Shown: positions 19,144-31,715 of the stretch, one piece after another | Layout of the letters: each line of letters opens with the position of its first letter | How positions within the stretch are numbered: position 1 is the stretch's first letter | Source of the DNA: an uncultured delta proteobacterium | GTDB lineage: Bacteria > Desulfobacterota > Desulfomonilia > UBA1062 | Length of the DNA: 64,000 nt | Assembly (NCBI GenBank): GCA_963785235.1 | Contig: CAWAUM010000007.1 | Coordinates: 1-64,000, forward strand | Reading direction: 5' to 3' | Program-made: the position numbers and the translations under genes | The notes under the pieces: model-generated | What the model saw: only the letters and a program-made list of their open reading frames with translations | The model's database searches: none | Told to the model about the DNA's origin: nothing

Positions 19144-20403
19144 ATGACATTCGAACAATTCAATCTTCACACGGACATCTCTGCTGCCATTACCGAGCAG
19201 GGATACACATGCCCAACCCCCATACAGGAAAAAGCAATTCCCCACATCTTAAACAAGCGTGATGTCCTGGGCCTGGCCCAGACCGGAACAGGCAAGACAG
19301 CGGCGTTTGTACTTCCGCTTCTCCAGAAGCTCATGGACGGACCGCGCCGCAAGGTTCGGGCATTGATCCTCGCCCCCACGCGTGAGCTGGCCTCCCAGAT
19401 TCATGAAGCTGTCAATTCCCTTGGCAAGCATACCAGGTTGCACAGTGTGGCAATCTTCGGCGGGGTGAGCATGGACCCCCAGATAAAGGCACTCAGGCGC
19501 GGCGTCGAGATAATTGTGGCCTGCCCGGGCCGGCTTCTTGACCATATGTCCCGCAGCAACATAGACCTGTCTTCGCTCGAAATCCTTGTCATCGATGAGG
19601 CCGACCGCATGTTCGACATGGGCTTCCTGCCCGATATCCGCCGGATAACCAAACAGCTCCCGGGTAAGAGGCAGAACCTGCTCTTTTCGGCCACCATGCC
19701 CGATGATATCCGTCGCCTTTCAGCAGACATACTGCGCGATGCCGTCACGGTCCAGATCGACCATACGAAGCCGGTTGCAAACATATCCCATGTGCTTTAC
19801 CCGGTGGAACAGCATCTGAAGACAGCGCTTTTAAAAGAACTGCTCAAACGCACTGAAACGGATTCTGTTCTGATCTTTACCCGAACCAAGCACCGCGCCA
19901 AGAAGCTGGCCGAACAACTGGGCTTTGCCGGTTTCAGGGCCACTTCACTGCAGGGCAACCTGTCGCAGAATCAGCGTGAGAACGCCATTGAAGGCTTCCG
20001 CAAAGGTTCTTACAAGATCCTTGTAGCTACGGATATTGCGGCCCGGGGAATAGACGTATCGGCAATCACCCATGTCATCAATTTTGATATGCCCGACACC
20101 GCTGATGCCTACACCCACCGCATCGGACGGACAGGGCGCGTCTCCAGGACAGGAGAGGCCTTCACCTTTGTAACGAACGAAGACACATCCATGGCCTACA
20201 CCATTGAATGCACCCTCGGGGCGGCAGTTGAACAGAAGACCCTGTCGGGATTCGACTACAAAAAACCCAAGGCCGAGGGCCCTTTCCAGACCGCCAGACC
20301 GCAGCAGCAAAGGCAGCGCGGGGCACGTCCGGGAGTGCAGCCTCCCATTGATAGCAGGCGCAAGGCCGGGGACAGGTATCGCACACAGATCTCTGCACGC
20401 TGA
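19144..20403 (+). CDS. DEAD-box RNA helicase (RhlE-like)
   Basis: AQTGTGKT, PTRELA, DEAD, SAT, ARGID, HRIGRTGR. Confidence 0.95.
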   Translation: MTFEQFNLHTDISAAITEQGYTCPTPIQEKAIPHILNKRDVLGLAQTGTGKTAAFVLPLLQKLMDGPRRKVRALILAPTRELASQIHEAVNSLGKHTRLHSVAIFGGVSMDPQIKALRRGVEIIVACPGRLLDHMSRSNIDLSSLEILVIDEADRMFDMGFLPDIRRITKQLPGKRQNLLFSATMPDDIRRLSADILRDAVTVQIDHTKPVANISHVLYPVEQHLKTALLKELLKRTETDSVLIFTRTKHRAKKLAEQLGFAGFRATSLQGNLSQNQRENAIEGFRKGSYKILVATDIAARGIDVSAITHVINFDMPDTADAYTHRIGRTGRVSRTGEAFTFVTNEDTSMAYTIECTLGAAVEQKTLSGFDYKKPKAEGPFQTARPQQQRQRGARPGVQPPIDSRRKAGDRYRTQISAR

Positions 20404-20424
20404 GTTAGCATCTCACCACGTATC

Positions 20425-20452
20425 TCGTTCCCAAGCTCCGGCTTGGGAACGA
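20425..20452. repeat. REP-like perfect hairpin
   Basis: TCGTTCCCAAGC-TCCG-GCTTGGGAACGA. Confidence 0.6.
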
Positions 20453-20463
20453 TGTTTATCGAT

Positions 20464-20693
20464 TAATGCCGGATTAACCAATCGAATGTAGCAATACAGC
20501 TTCTATTCATTCAATTTGGCCTTAAGCATAAAATCCATAACAACCATGGAATTATTTTGAAAACAGGTCCGTTAAAACCCATCATTTCGCAGCCTTGAAG
20601 GACCGGGAGAATTTGTCACACTATAAAGGCTGCGAAATGAAGGGTTTTAACGGATCAGGCTTTTACGCCTCTTTAAACGTTAAATCCGGGTTA
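20464..20693 (+). mobile_element. Repeat family B copy 3 (palindrome 20566-20656)
   Basis: ggtccgttaaaacccatcatttcgcagcc...ggctgcgaaatgaagggttttaacggatc; ends taatgccggatt / aatccgggtta. Confidence 0.7.
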
Positions 20694-20725
20694 TTATCTG
20701 CTGATAGGGGGCTTCACAATGAGAA

Positions 20726-21898
20726 TCAGGAGCTTCCAGGTTGCTTGGCCAGTGCATCACCCATCCGGCCAAGGGCCTCCACCAGGAGACTCCGGGCACA
20801 CCCGAAGTTCAGACGCACGAATCCCTTTGTGCCGAAGTCAGTGCCATCGGAGAGGCCGACACCGGCTTCTTCAAAGAAGGCCGCAGGGTTCGGCACGTCC
20901 AGGTTACGGCAATCGATCCAGGCGAGATAGGTGGCCTCGGTGTGGTGCATGCTGAGTCCCGGGGCGTTTGCCACGAAATCCTCCACCAGGTCACGGTTTC
21001 CCCTGAGGTAGTCGATGAGGGCCAGGCGCCAGTCTTCACAATCCCGGTATGCGGCCAGTGCAGCGGTGAACCCCAGGGCATTCACATGGGGCACGATGCC
21101 GTTCATGGCTGCTTTGAATTGCGACCGGAGCCCTTTGTCAGGGATCACGGCAAAGGAGCAGCCCAGGCCCGGGAGGTTGTAGGTCTTGCTCGGGGCAAGC
21201 AGGGTGATGGTCTGTCTGGCTATGTCTTCATCAAGGGCGGATAGGGTTATGTGGCCTATGTCCTTGTCCAGCACAAGGCCGCAGTGGATCTCATCCGAAC
21301 AGATGATGATATTGTTATCAAGGCAGATCCGGGCCAGGCGCAACAGTTCGTCACGGGTGAAGACCCTTCCTGTGGGGTTGTGCGGGTTACACAGGATAAA
21401 CATCCGTGTATTGGCGGTGATGGATTGTTCGATGCCGGAGAAGTCGAAGATATACTTGCTGCCGTCATCAGCATGGGCAACGCTCATAAGGGTACGCTGG
21501 GAGAGGGAAGGGGCGCTGAGGAATGGCGGGTAGGCCGGGGTGGTGGTGATGACTGCATCACCGGGGGCCCCCACGGAGCGGCAGGCAATGTTCAGGCCGC
21601 TTACAAGGCCAGGCAGCCACACGATCCACTCGGGCTTCACTGCCCAGGCGTGCGTGTGCTCCAGCATGCTCATGACAGCCTCAAACAGGTCATCAGGCGC
21701 CAGGGTGTAGCCGAACACTCCATGGGCCACGTGAGCGTGCATCGCCGTAATGACAGCAGGAGGGGCCTTGAAGTCCATATCCGCCACCCACAAGGGGATG
21801 ACGTCTTTGCCTTTGTATTTGTCCCACTTGAGGCTTGCAGTGTTGCGGCGTTCTACCGGGATATCAAAGTTGTATAATGCTTGAGGATGATTTGTCAT
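20726..21898 (-). CDS. PatB/MalY family PLP-dependent C-S lyase
   Basis: PLWVADMDF, CNPHNPTG, SDEIH, APSKTYN. Confidence 0.92.
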   Translation of the reverse strand: MTNHPQALYNFDIPVERRNTASLKWDKYKGKDVIPLWVADMDFKAPPAVITAMHAHVAHGVFGYTLAPDDLFEAVMSMLEHTHAWAVKPEWIVWLPGLVSGLNIACRSVGAPGDAVITTTPAYPPFLSAPSLSQRTLMSVAHADDGSKYIFDFSGIEQSITANTRMFILCNPHNPTGRVFTRDELLRLARICLDNNIIICSDEIHCGLVLDKDIGHITLSALDEDIARQTITLLAPSKTYNLPGLGCSFAVIPDKGLRSQFKAAMNGIVPHVNALGFTAALAAYRDCEDWRLALIDYLRGNRDLVEDFVANAPGLSMHHTEATYLAWIDCRNLDVPNPAAFFEEAGVGLSDGTDFGTKGFVRLNFGCARSLLVEALGRMGDALAKQPGSS

Positions 21899-21991
21899 TG
21901 TTCATTTAGGTACGGCTAGTTTTACGAGCAGTCAAGGCAAAATATAGCTTTTTAAAGGATGAGCGGCTTTAAGAATTCTGTCTTGCAAGTC

Positions 21992-22693
21992 TCAATATAT
22001 TTTGAGGAGCATTGAAATGAAACGCCCAATTGCCCGGATAGGGTCGAACATGCCGGCAATCTGATAAGAAAGAAAAAAGAAACAGGCATAAAAGGTTCCC
22101 GGGCTCTTATTCATCCAGGCATGAACCGGCGGCAACAACAAGCTCCTCACGGAAGTTGAAGAAACACCTAATGTAATCATAGCACCTATGAGTACGCCGG
22201 CCAGGATATCACTGGGATAATGAAGACCTATGTAAACCCTTGGGAAACAGATGATTGCAAGGACATAGACAAGGACGAACATGCCCAACTTCCTCGATAG
22301 AAGGAACATGCCTGTTGCCAGGGAGAAGAATAAAACTGCGTGGTCGCTGGGAAAGGAACTCCACGATTCCAGAATCGAAGCGCTGAAGCCGTAAGGTATG
22401 AGAAAATCATACTCGCGATTGAGCATGGGACGCAACCTGAAGGGAAGCATGGCTGCCAGAACCCTGGCTGAGAAAAGGGCGATCAGACATGAGCACAGCG
22501 TTACGATAATATGATCTTTCTGAAGTTGATCCGGTTTATTCTCCTTAAACCAGAACCACCAGAGAATGGTTATGAGAAATCCCCCTTTAAAGAGATGGTT
22601 TGTGCTGATAAAATTTACCAGTAAATCAAAGAACGGTGATTTACATGCAAATCCATTCAGAAAAGAAATTGTTGAATAATCAAGGCCATTCAT
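21992..22693 (-). CDS. PAP2 family phosphatase
   Basis: RLRP, SFPSDHA, RVYIGLHYPSD. Confidence 0.88.
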   Translation of the reverse strand: MNGLDYSTISFLNGFACKSPFFDLLVNFISTNHLFKGGFLITILWWFWFKENKPDQLQKDHIIVTLCSCLIALFSARVLAAMLPFRLRPMLNREYDFLIPYGFSASILESWSSFPSDHAVLFFSLATGMFLLSRKLGMFVLVYVLAIICFPRVYIGLHYPSDILAGVLIGAMITLGVSSTSVRSLLLPPVHAWMNKSPGTFYACFFFLSYQIAGMFDPIRAIGRFISMLLKIY

Positions 22694-23478
22694 TGATTTT
22701 TGAACTGGGCAATCTGCCGTGATATGGCAACGAGAATGCCTTCCTCATCCCAGAGTTCTCCATCCGATTCCACGAGGCCGCAGGTGATAAAACGTGAGCG
22801 GAAATGCCCTTGCAGCCACTTGGTTTCCGGGATTTTCCTCACATTGACCGTAAATTCTATAGTAGGAACCCAGGCCATCATCCCCTGGCTTGCAAAGACA
22901 GGGGGAGGAAAACAGTCTGCCATGAACAGAACAGAAAGCAGGTCATGTGTGCGATCATTCTTAAAGGAAATCCACCCCTTCATTTCTGATATATCCGCCA
23001 GGTTGCCTTGCATCCATCCTGCGCATGCCGGGTCCAGTCTCATGTCCATGTGGCTGAGCAGGGTAAAATCCGGGAGAGGCGGGATGGGTATACACGTGTC
23101 CTGTGAAGATATTGACGGCACGTTTGTTTCGTATCTTTCAAGAAAACACTCAATCTTCTCGTCTGCAAATGTCCCGAGCATCCGGAGCCGTTCTTTTCCC
23201 TGCTGAAGCAGTCTGGCCTGAAAGCGGCTAAACTGGGTTGATCGGGAGAACTCCTCAACATAGATGTCTGCATCACCTGGGGTGCATCGGGAGATATAAT
23301 TCGCAGTCACAATCGGTGTGGATCTTTTGTCGCTCTGATTCAGCATGGCATTGGCCACTAAGGCCATGAGATAGCCGCCGTTTGGGGTGCCGTTGATCGA
23401 CCAGTTGTCGGCGATGTGCCCTTTGAAATGATTCGGGTCCGGCTCCTGCAGCGAAATGTCAGAATCAAAAAGGTGCAT
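22690..23478 (-). CDS. Thioesterase family protein (double hot-dog fold)
   Basis: PNGGYL, ADCFPP, WVPTIE, SRQIA. Confidence 0.85.
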   Translation of the reverse strand: MHLFDSDISLQEPDPNHFKGHIADNWSINGTPNGGYLMALVANAMLNQSDKRSTPIVTANYISRCTPGDADIYVEEFSRSTQFSRFQARLLQQGKERLRMLGTFADEKIECFLERYETNVPSISSQDTCIPIPPLPDFTLLSHMDMRLDPACAGWMQGNLADISEMKGWISFKNDRTHDLLSVLFMADCFPPPVFASQGMMAWVPTIEFTVNVRKIPETKWLQGHFRSRFITCGLVESDGELWDEEGILVAISRQIAQFKNQ

Positions 23479-23645
23479 AGTTACCTCGCGAGGTATTTAA
23501 TACTAGCTCATTATCATATAGGTCAATGAGGTCATAATCAAAGCCTTTGTAGACAAGGGACCTTTAACTTGATATGAAAAAAAACGATAACTCATCTGCA
23601 TTCCGGTATTCAGGCTGTTAAGCCTAAAGCTTTTAGGGGAGGGGG

Positions 23646-24443
23646 ATGGGAAGGATCAGTTTGCGGGCCGGTAAATGGATTATTCCGGTTGTACTTATCT
23701 TTTCGCTCTTTCTGCCTGGCTGTGCTTCGAACAGGGCAATAATTCCTCCGTATCAAACAAGGCTCAAGGGTAAGCCGCAGGTCTATGCCGCCCCTTTGAA
23801 GATGGGTTTTTCCGTCCAGGTGGGCGCCTTCTCCCAGGTGGACAACGCTGCCAGGCTCACAAAAAAATTGGAGAAGCAGGGGCTTGATGCCTTTTATTTT
23901 GCCCATAGCTCCGGGCTCTACAAGGTCCGGTTCGGGAACTACATCACCCAGAGCAAGGCCATGTCTGAGGCGCGCAGGTTACAGCAGCTCGGCATGATTG
24001 ATGTGTTCTATGTTGTGAAGCCCGGGGAGTATGCCATTGCCAGGGGAAGACCTTCAGGTGCCGGCTCTGTGAGAGATGAGCTCGTAGATACTGCCCAGAG
24101 CTTTATCGGCCTGCCCTATCAGTGGGGAAGCTGCTCACTGGATGCCCCGCTGGATTGCAGCGGTCTGGTTATGGCTGTTTATCAGCTCAATGGCATGAAT
24201 GTCCCGCGCACCTCTGAAGACCAGTACAAAAGCGGTATGCCCGTCGCAAAGGAACAGCTCGAAAAGGGAGATCTTGTCTTTTTCACCACCACGAGCACCG
24301 GTCGAGTCAGCCATGTGGGAATTTTTATCGGGGGAGATATGTTCATCCATGCCCCGGGCACAGGAAAGACCATTTGTGCCGATTCGCTTTCTGGCTCCTA
24401 CTACCGAGAGCGCTTTTATGGTGCCTGCACGTATCTTCGCTGA
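23646..24443 (+). CDS. SPOR + NlpC/P60 lipoprotein (cell-wall peptidase)
   Basis: Lipobox LPGC; VQVGAFS; PYQWG..LDCSG; HVG...HA. Confidence 0.9.
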   Translation: MGRISLRAGKWIIPVVLIFSLFLPGCASNRAIIPPYQTRLKGKPQVYAAPLKMGFSVQVGAFSQVDNAARLTKKLEKQGLDAFYFAHSSGLYKVRFGNYITQSKAMSEARRLQQLGMIDVFYVVKPGEYAIARGRPSGAGSVRDELVDTAQSFIGLPYQWGSCSLDAPLDCSGLVMAVYQLNGMNVPRTSEDQYKSGMPVAKEQLEKGDLVFFTTTSTGRVSHVGIFIGGDMFIHAPGTGKTICADSLSGSYYRERFYGACTYLR

Positions 24444-24651
24444 ATTGATCAAAAGGCAAGGTTCAGATATCACGCCGATAATCGTGAAATGATTTTGATA
24501 GAATATTTTGTGCGGTGCAATGTTTTTCTTCATAGAAACAAACATCTGCCTCTTGACTATGTGAAAATGCCCTTTAATTAACTAACAATAGCGGTATCCG
24601 GTTCCCATTTGGGATGTGCAGTGCATGTAGGAGTATGTTTATCGGGCTTAA

Positions 24652-26432
<1,781 letters not shown>

Positions 26433-26440
<8 letters not shown>

Positions 26441-26771
26441 TTCAAGTAAAAGACGTCGCGAGATCATGAGAAAGTTCACGAAAGAGGTGGAAAGAAAAGA
26501 GGCCCTCATGATCCGCGGAAGGAATGAAAAAGGGGAGACCGTCTGGTTCGGGCTCGGCATGATCGGTATTGTCGGCTGGTCGGTCGCCATTCCCACGCTT
26601 ATAGGAGTGGCAATCGGGCTATGGATCGACAGGACCTGGCCAAGCCAGTTTTCATGGACACTCATGCTCCTCTTCGCCGGTGTCATCATCGGATGCCTGA
26701 ATGCGTGGTACTGGGTGCGTAAGAGTGGAAGGTGGAATGGAAAGGCAGATAGCGATGAGGGTGGTGAATGA
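26433..26771 (+). CDS. atpQ: N-ATPase AtpQ (AtpZ/AtpI-like)
   Basis: WFGLGMIGIVGWSVAIPT, GCLNAWYWV. Confidence 0.85.
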
Positions 26772-26828
26772 ATGGTAGGAGCGGCTTTAGCCGCGATTCT
26801 ATTTTTCAAGACCTGAGGTCTTATTAGA

Positions 26829-27110
26829 ATGAAAGGAACATATTATCTCGTGTTTGCCTTTGCCGTTGGCATGGTCCTGGGGGCCTTTTTTTCGCTGAAT
26901 CTCTGGTCATCGGTACAAAAAATGACGGATGATGAAACGCCTTGGTACATACTCTATGGGAGTTTCATGCTCAGGATATCGGTTGTGCTGCTCGGTTTCT
27001 ATCTCGTCATGGACGGTCGCTGGGAGCGCATGATTGCAGCCCTGGGCGGCTTTGTGCTTATGCGGGAAATACTGGTGCGCAGCCTGGGCAGGAATCCAGG
27101 TGTGTCCTGA
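26829..27110 (+). CDS. atpR: N-ATPase AtpR
   Basis: Small hydrophobic protein with membrane-embedded Arg (SFMLR, FVLMR); position in operon. Confidence 0.8.
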   Translation: MKGTYYLVFAFAVGMVLGAFFSLNLWSSVQKMTDDETPWYILYGSFMLRISVVLLGFYLVMDGRWERMIAALGGFVLMREILVRSLGRNPGVS

Positions 27111-27119
27111 GGCGGGTGT

Positions 27120-27830
27120 ATGGAGATTTTAAGGCTCAACCAGATCAGCCCGGACCAACTCATCTTATGGCAAATGGGGTTTGTAAAGATCACGGCCACC
27201 CTGCTCTATACCTGGTTCATCATGGCCATCCTCATCATAGGTTCGTGGCTTGTCACCCGCAAGATATCCAAGGATATCCACATTTCCCGATGGCAGAACC
27301 TTCTCGAGGTCATCGTGTCAACTATCAGGGGCCAGATCATGGAGATCACCAAGGACAACCCGGATCACTACATGGCCTTTATCGGAACCCTTTTCCTGTT
27401 TATCGGATTGTCCAATCTCCTTGTCATTGTGCCCGGATATGTTGCCCCGACCTCATCCCTAACAACAACGGCGGCGCTCGCCATATGCGTATTTATTGCC
27501 GTTCCTCTGTATGGCATAACAAAACGCGGGTTGTTCGGGTATCTCAAGGAGTATTTCCAGCCCACGTTCATCTTCTTCCCCTTCCATGTCATGGGTGAGA
27601 TAACCAGGACCCTGGCGCTTTCCGTAAGGCTTTTCGGGAACATCATGAGCCACGACAAGGTGATAGGCGTCCTGCTTGCCATCACCCCGCTCTTTTTTCC
27701 CATTGTCATGCATGCGCTGGGTTTGCTGATAGGAATGGTCCAGGCATATATCTTTGCCATCCTCGCCATGGTGTATATCGCCTCGGCCACGCAGGCGCAC
27801 GAGCAGGAGACGCACAAAGAAAAGCAATAG
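27120..27830 (+). CDS. atpB: N-ATPase a subunit
   Basis: RTLALSVRLFGNIMS, VQAYIFAIL. Confidence 0.95.
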   Translation: MEILRLNQISPDQLILWQMGFVKITATLLYTWFIMAILIIGSWLVTRKISKDIHISRWQNLLEVIVSTIRGQIMEITKDNPDHYMAFIGTLFLFIGLSNLLVIVPGYVAPTSSLTTTAALAICVFIAVPLYGITKRGLFGYLKEYFQPTFIFFPFHVMGEITRTLALSVRLFGNIMSHDKVIGVLLAITPLFFPIVMHALGLLIGMVQAYIFAILAMVYIASATQAHEQETHKEKQ

Positions 27831-27867
27831 GGAAATATAAAAATGCTTGATAGAAAGGAAGGTAGAC

Positions 27868-28143
27868 ATGGATAGCCTGAGTGCAGTTGCAGTTGCTTCT
27901 ATCATTTCCGCAGGCCTGACCATGGGGCTCGGCGGCATAGGGCCGGCCCTGGCCGAAGGCATGGCGGCAAAACAGGCGGTGAGCGCCATAGCCCAGCAGC
28001 CTGATGAAAAGAACACGATCATGAGGACCTTGTTTGTGAGCCTGGCCATGATCGAGTCCATCGCCATTTACTGCTTCGTGATCTCCATGATTCTGATTTT
28101 TGCAAACCCGTTCTGGGAGCATTTCATCACCAAGGGGGGATGA
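27868..28143 (+). CDS. atpE: N-ATPase c subunit
   Basis: GPALAEG, QQPD, IESIAIY. Confidence 0.95.
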   Translation: MDSLSAVAVASIISAGLTMGLGGIGPALAEGMAAKQAVSAIAQQPDEKNTIMRTLFVSLAMIESIAIYCFVISMILIFANPFWEHFITKGG

Positions 28144-28146
28144 TCG

Positions 28147-28927
28147 ATGCACATCGACTGGTTTGTCCTGGCTGCCCAGATCTTCAACTTCCTGGTCCTG
28201 GTGTTCGCTCTCAGGTACCTACTTTATGACAAGATCCTGGGTGCCATGGACGCCCGCGAGGCCAAGATCGCCTCACGGTTTGACGAGGCGGAGCGGCTCA
28301 AGACCCAGGCACAGCAGTCTGCCCAAGCCTATGATGAAAAGAACCGGGAACTGCAGGATAAGGCCGATGAACTCATGAACCAGGCGCAAAAGGCATCGGA
28401 GCACGAAAAAAACCTGCTCATGGACAAGGTGCGCGAGGAAGTGGACCAGGTAAGGCAACGCTGGTACGAGACGCTCAGCCGTGAGAAAGACGCCTTTCTG
28501 GAGGATCTGCGCAAGAGGGCCGGAACGTATATCTATGATACCATCCGGCATGTCCTTGTCGGACATGGCCAATGAAGACCTGGAAGACAGAATGGTGCTG
28601 GTCTTCATCTCCCGCATTCGATCGATGGACCAGGTTCAGCAGGACAAGCTCAAAGATTCCCTGAAGGACGGGGGATCGGTGATCATAGTACGGAGCGCCT
28701 TTACGCTCAAGGCTGAACAGGCTAAGCAGATCGAAGAGGCCATCAGGCCTTATGCCGGCCCAAAGGTTCCCATACGATACGAGATCTCCGGGATCATCGG
28801 CGCCGGCATCGAGATAATGGCCCATGGGTACAAGCTTTCCTGGAGCATCGAAGACTACCTCGCAAGCCTTGAGGAGAAGTTCGTACGTGCACTCAAGGAA
28901 GAGATACGTTTAGAAGAGGTCATATGA
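28147..28927 (+). CDS. atpF: N-ATPase long b subunit; frameshift ~28554
   Basis: [14 protein letters not shown], coiled coil, then GIEI...WSIEDYL in the next frame. Confidence 0.88.
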
Positions 28928-28955
28928 AGAACGCCTGTCCAACGGATGTCCTCCC

Positions 28956-30540
28956 ATGGATGAGAAGGACACGAAAGGGGTTTCGATGGACGAGACAAGT
29001 GATGAAGGGGCGCTGAACGCTACGCTCAAAGATACCTTTGCGAAGCTTGAAGGGGCCCTTTCAGAGCATAAGCCCGAGCTGAAACCCGAGGAGGTGGGCA
29101 TTGTCACCTATGTGGGCTCGGGCATTGCCCGGGTCACCGGCATGGACAGCGTGAAGGCCGAAGAACTCGTACGCTTTCCCGGCGATCTCTACGGGCTGGT
29201 CTTCAATATTGACCCGGATGAGATCGGCATCATCATGCTGGATGCCTCCGAGAACATCAGTGCCGGCAATGAGGTGCACAGGACCGGAAGGGTCCTTGAT
29301 GTCCCGGTGGGGGAGGCGCTTCTAGGCCGGGTGGTGGATGCCCTGGGGCGTCCCCTGGACAACCTTGGGGAGATAGCCACATCAGCGCGCTTGCCCGTGG
29401 AGAGGGAGGCCCCGCCGATCATGCACCGGGATCCGGTTACCGTCCCGCTCCAGACCGGGATCAAGGCCATCGACGCGCTCATCCCCATCGGCAGGGGTCA
29501 GCGTGAGCTGATCCTGGGCGACCGGCAGACCGGCAAAACGGCCATCGCCTTGGATACCATCATCAACCAGCACGACAAGGACGTCATCTGTATCTACTGC
29601 GCCATCGGCAAGCAGTCTTCCGATGTGGCCAAGACCATTGCCTCTCTGAAGGAGCATAATGCGCTCAGGTACTGCATCATGGTGGTGGCGGCCGGTGAAG
29701 AACCTCCGGGGGTCCAGTTTGTAGCCGCCTATGCAGCCACATCCATGGGTGAGTACTTCATGGAGCATGGACGCGATGTGCTCATTATCTATGACGACCT
29801 CACCAGGCATGCCCGGGCCTATCGTGAGCTCTCGCTCCTGCTCCGCAGGCCTCCCGGCAGAGAGGCCTTCCCCGGCGATATCTTCTACATCCATTCGCGC
29901 ATGCTTGAACGATCCACGCACCTGCGCAAGGAGCACGGCGGCGGTTCGCTCACCGCGCTGCCCATCATCGAGACCGAGGCCCAGGACATGTCATCGTATA
30001 TCCCCACCAACCTCATCTCCATCACCGACGGGCAGATCTATCTCTCTCCAAGTCTTTTCCAGAAGGGACTGCTGCCTGCCATCGACGTGGGGAAATCCGT
30101 ATCGCGGGTCGGGGGGCAAGGCCCAGCTGCCGGCATACCGGGCGGTAGCCGGAGACCTGCGCATCGCCTATTCGCAGTTCGAAGAGCTGGAGAGCTTCTC
30201 CCGCTTCGGGACCAGGCTGGATGATGACACAAGGAGGCGTCTTGAGCGGGGATGGCGTGTAAGGGAGATCCTGAAGCAGCCTCAGCTTAAGCCCATCCCG
30301 GTGGCAGAACAGATCGCGGCCCTGCTCGCGGTGAACGGCGGTGCACTTGATGGTGTTCCCATCGACCAGATAAGCAAGGCCGAACTCCTGGTCCGCAAAG
30401 AGGTGACAGTTCATCTGGCCGATCTCTGCCGGAGGATAGAGACGGGAGAGAAGCTCTCCATCGACAATTTCAATTCCATCCTCACTACAGCACAGGCTGC
30501 CTCTGAGCCCATGAAGGAAAAAGCGGATGCAGACCATTGA
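28956..30540 (+). CDS. atpA: N-ATPase alpha subunit; frameshift in G-run 30111-30116
   Basis: [25 protein letters not shown] then KAQLPAYR. Confidence 0.93.
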
Positions 30541-31450
30541 GTCGTTGAGGAGAAAGATCAAGAGCACCCAGGACCTTCTTTCCGTGGTGAAGACCATGAA
30601 GGCCCTGGCAGCGGTGAGCATCCGCCAGTATCAGAGGGCGGTAGAATCGCTCATTGACTATAACGACACCGTAGAAAGGGGTCTTCAGATCGTCCTGAAG
30701 GCCCAGGAAGAGACCCCGCTTGCCCCCAGGCCCGTACCCATTATCAAGGCCGGGGTCATTGTGTTCGGTTCGGACCAGGGCCTGTGCGGCCAGTTCAACG
30801 CCCAGGTCGTGGCCCATGCCGTAGAAGAGATGAATGCGATCGGAGTACCTGATGAAGGCCGGTATATCCTTACCGTGGGCGAGCGGGTGAAGGACCACAT
30901 GGAGCGCTCCGACCAGCAGATCTATGATACCCTTTCCACCCCAAGCTCCACCGCAGGGATCACCCCCATGGTGCAGGAGATGGTCATGATCCTTCAGGAG
31001 TGGCATTTCGTGCTGCACATCCAGCACATCTTTCTCTTCTACAACCACTACCTCTCAGGGGCCATCTTCAAGCCCCACACCCTGCGGCTGCTGCCTGTGG
31101 ACCGCACCTGGCTCGAAGAACTCAAGAAAAGGAAATGGGAATCGAAAACACTGCCGCTCTTCACCATGGATTGGGATGCGCTGTTCGCAGCGCTGATCCG
31201 CGAATACCTCTTTGTATCCATCTACCGGGCGTTCACCGAATCGCTCGCCAGCGAGAACGCGAGCAGGCTTGCGGCCATGCAGAACGCCGAGAAGAACATC
31301 CAGGAGCACCTGGAAGAGATCTTTGCCGACTATCACCGCCAGCGCCAGATGACCATTACCGAGGAGCTGCTGGACATCGTGTCAGGCTACGAGGCCATGA
31401 AGGGTGATACCAGGCTTGATAAGCAAACAGCTGATTCATTGACAGAATAA
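30527..31450 (+). CDS. atpG: N-ATPase gamma subunit
   Basis: SDQGLCG, SENASRLAAM, RQMTITEEL. Confidence 0.95.
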   Translation: MQTIESLRRKIKSTQDLLSVVKTMKALAAVSIRQYQRAVESLIDYNDTVERGLQIVLKAQEETPLAPRPVPIIKAGVIVFGSDQGLCGQFNAQVVAHAVEEMNAIGVPDEGRYILTVGERVKDHMERSDQQIYDTLSTPSSTAGITPMVQEMVMILQEWHFVLHIQHIFLFYNHYLSGAIFKPHTLRLLPVDRTWLEELKKRKWESKTLPLFTMDWDALFAALIREYLFVSIYRAFTESLASENASRLAAMQNAEKNIQEHLEEIFADYHRQRQMTITEELLDIVSGYEAMKGDTRLDKQTADSLTE

Positions 31451-31457
31451 AAAAACG

Positions 31458-31488
31458 AACCGGGCAGCAATCGGCTGCCCGGTCTTCT
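31458..31488 (+). terminator. Putative terminator after the atp operon
   Basis: accgggcagc-aatcg-gctgcccggt then cttct. Confidence 0.6.
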
Positions 31489-31715
31489 ATGGAGAAGTCT
31501 CACCGATGCGGAGTCTTCGTTGGTAATAATAGTATCGTCAACTATTCGAAAACCATAACAACAATTCAATAAACTCAAAGTAGTAATACAATCAGACTGT
31601 ATACTGCCGGACAATGTTTGACAACCTGCTAAAACTATGATATTTTGTCGTACACTATGGTGGAATAAACTATAGCGTTGAAAAGCAACGCGAAAGGCAT
31701 CTTGAAAGGCACTGA

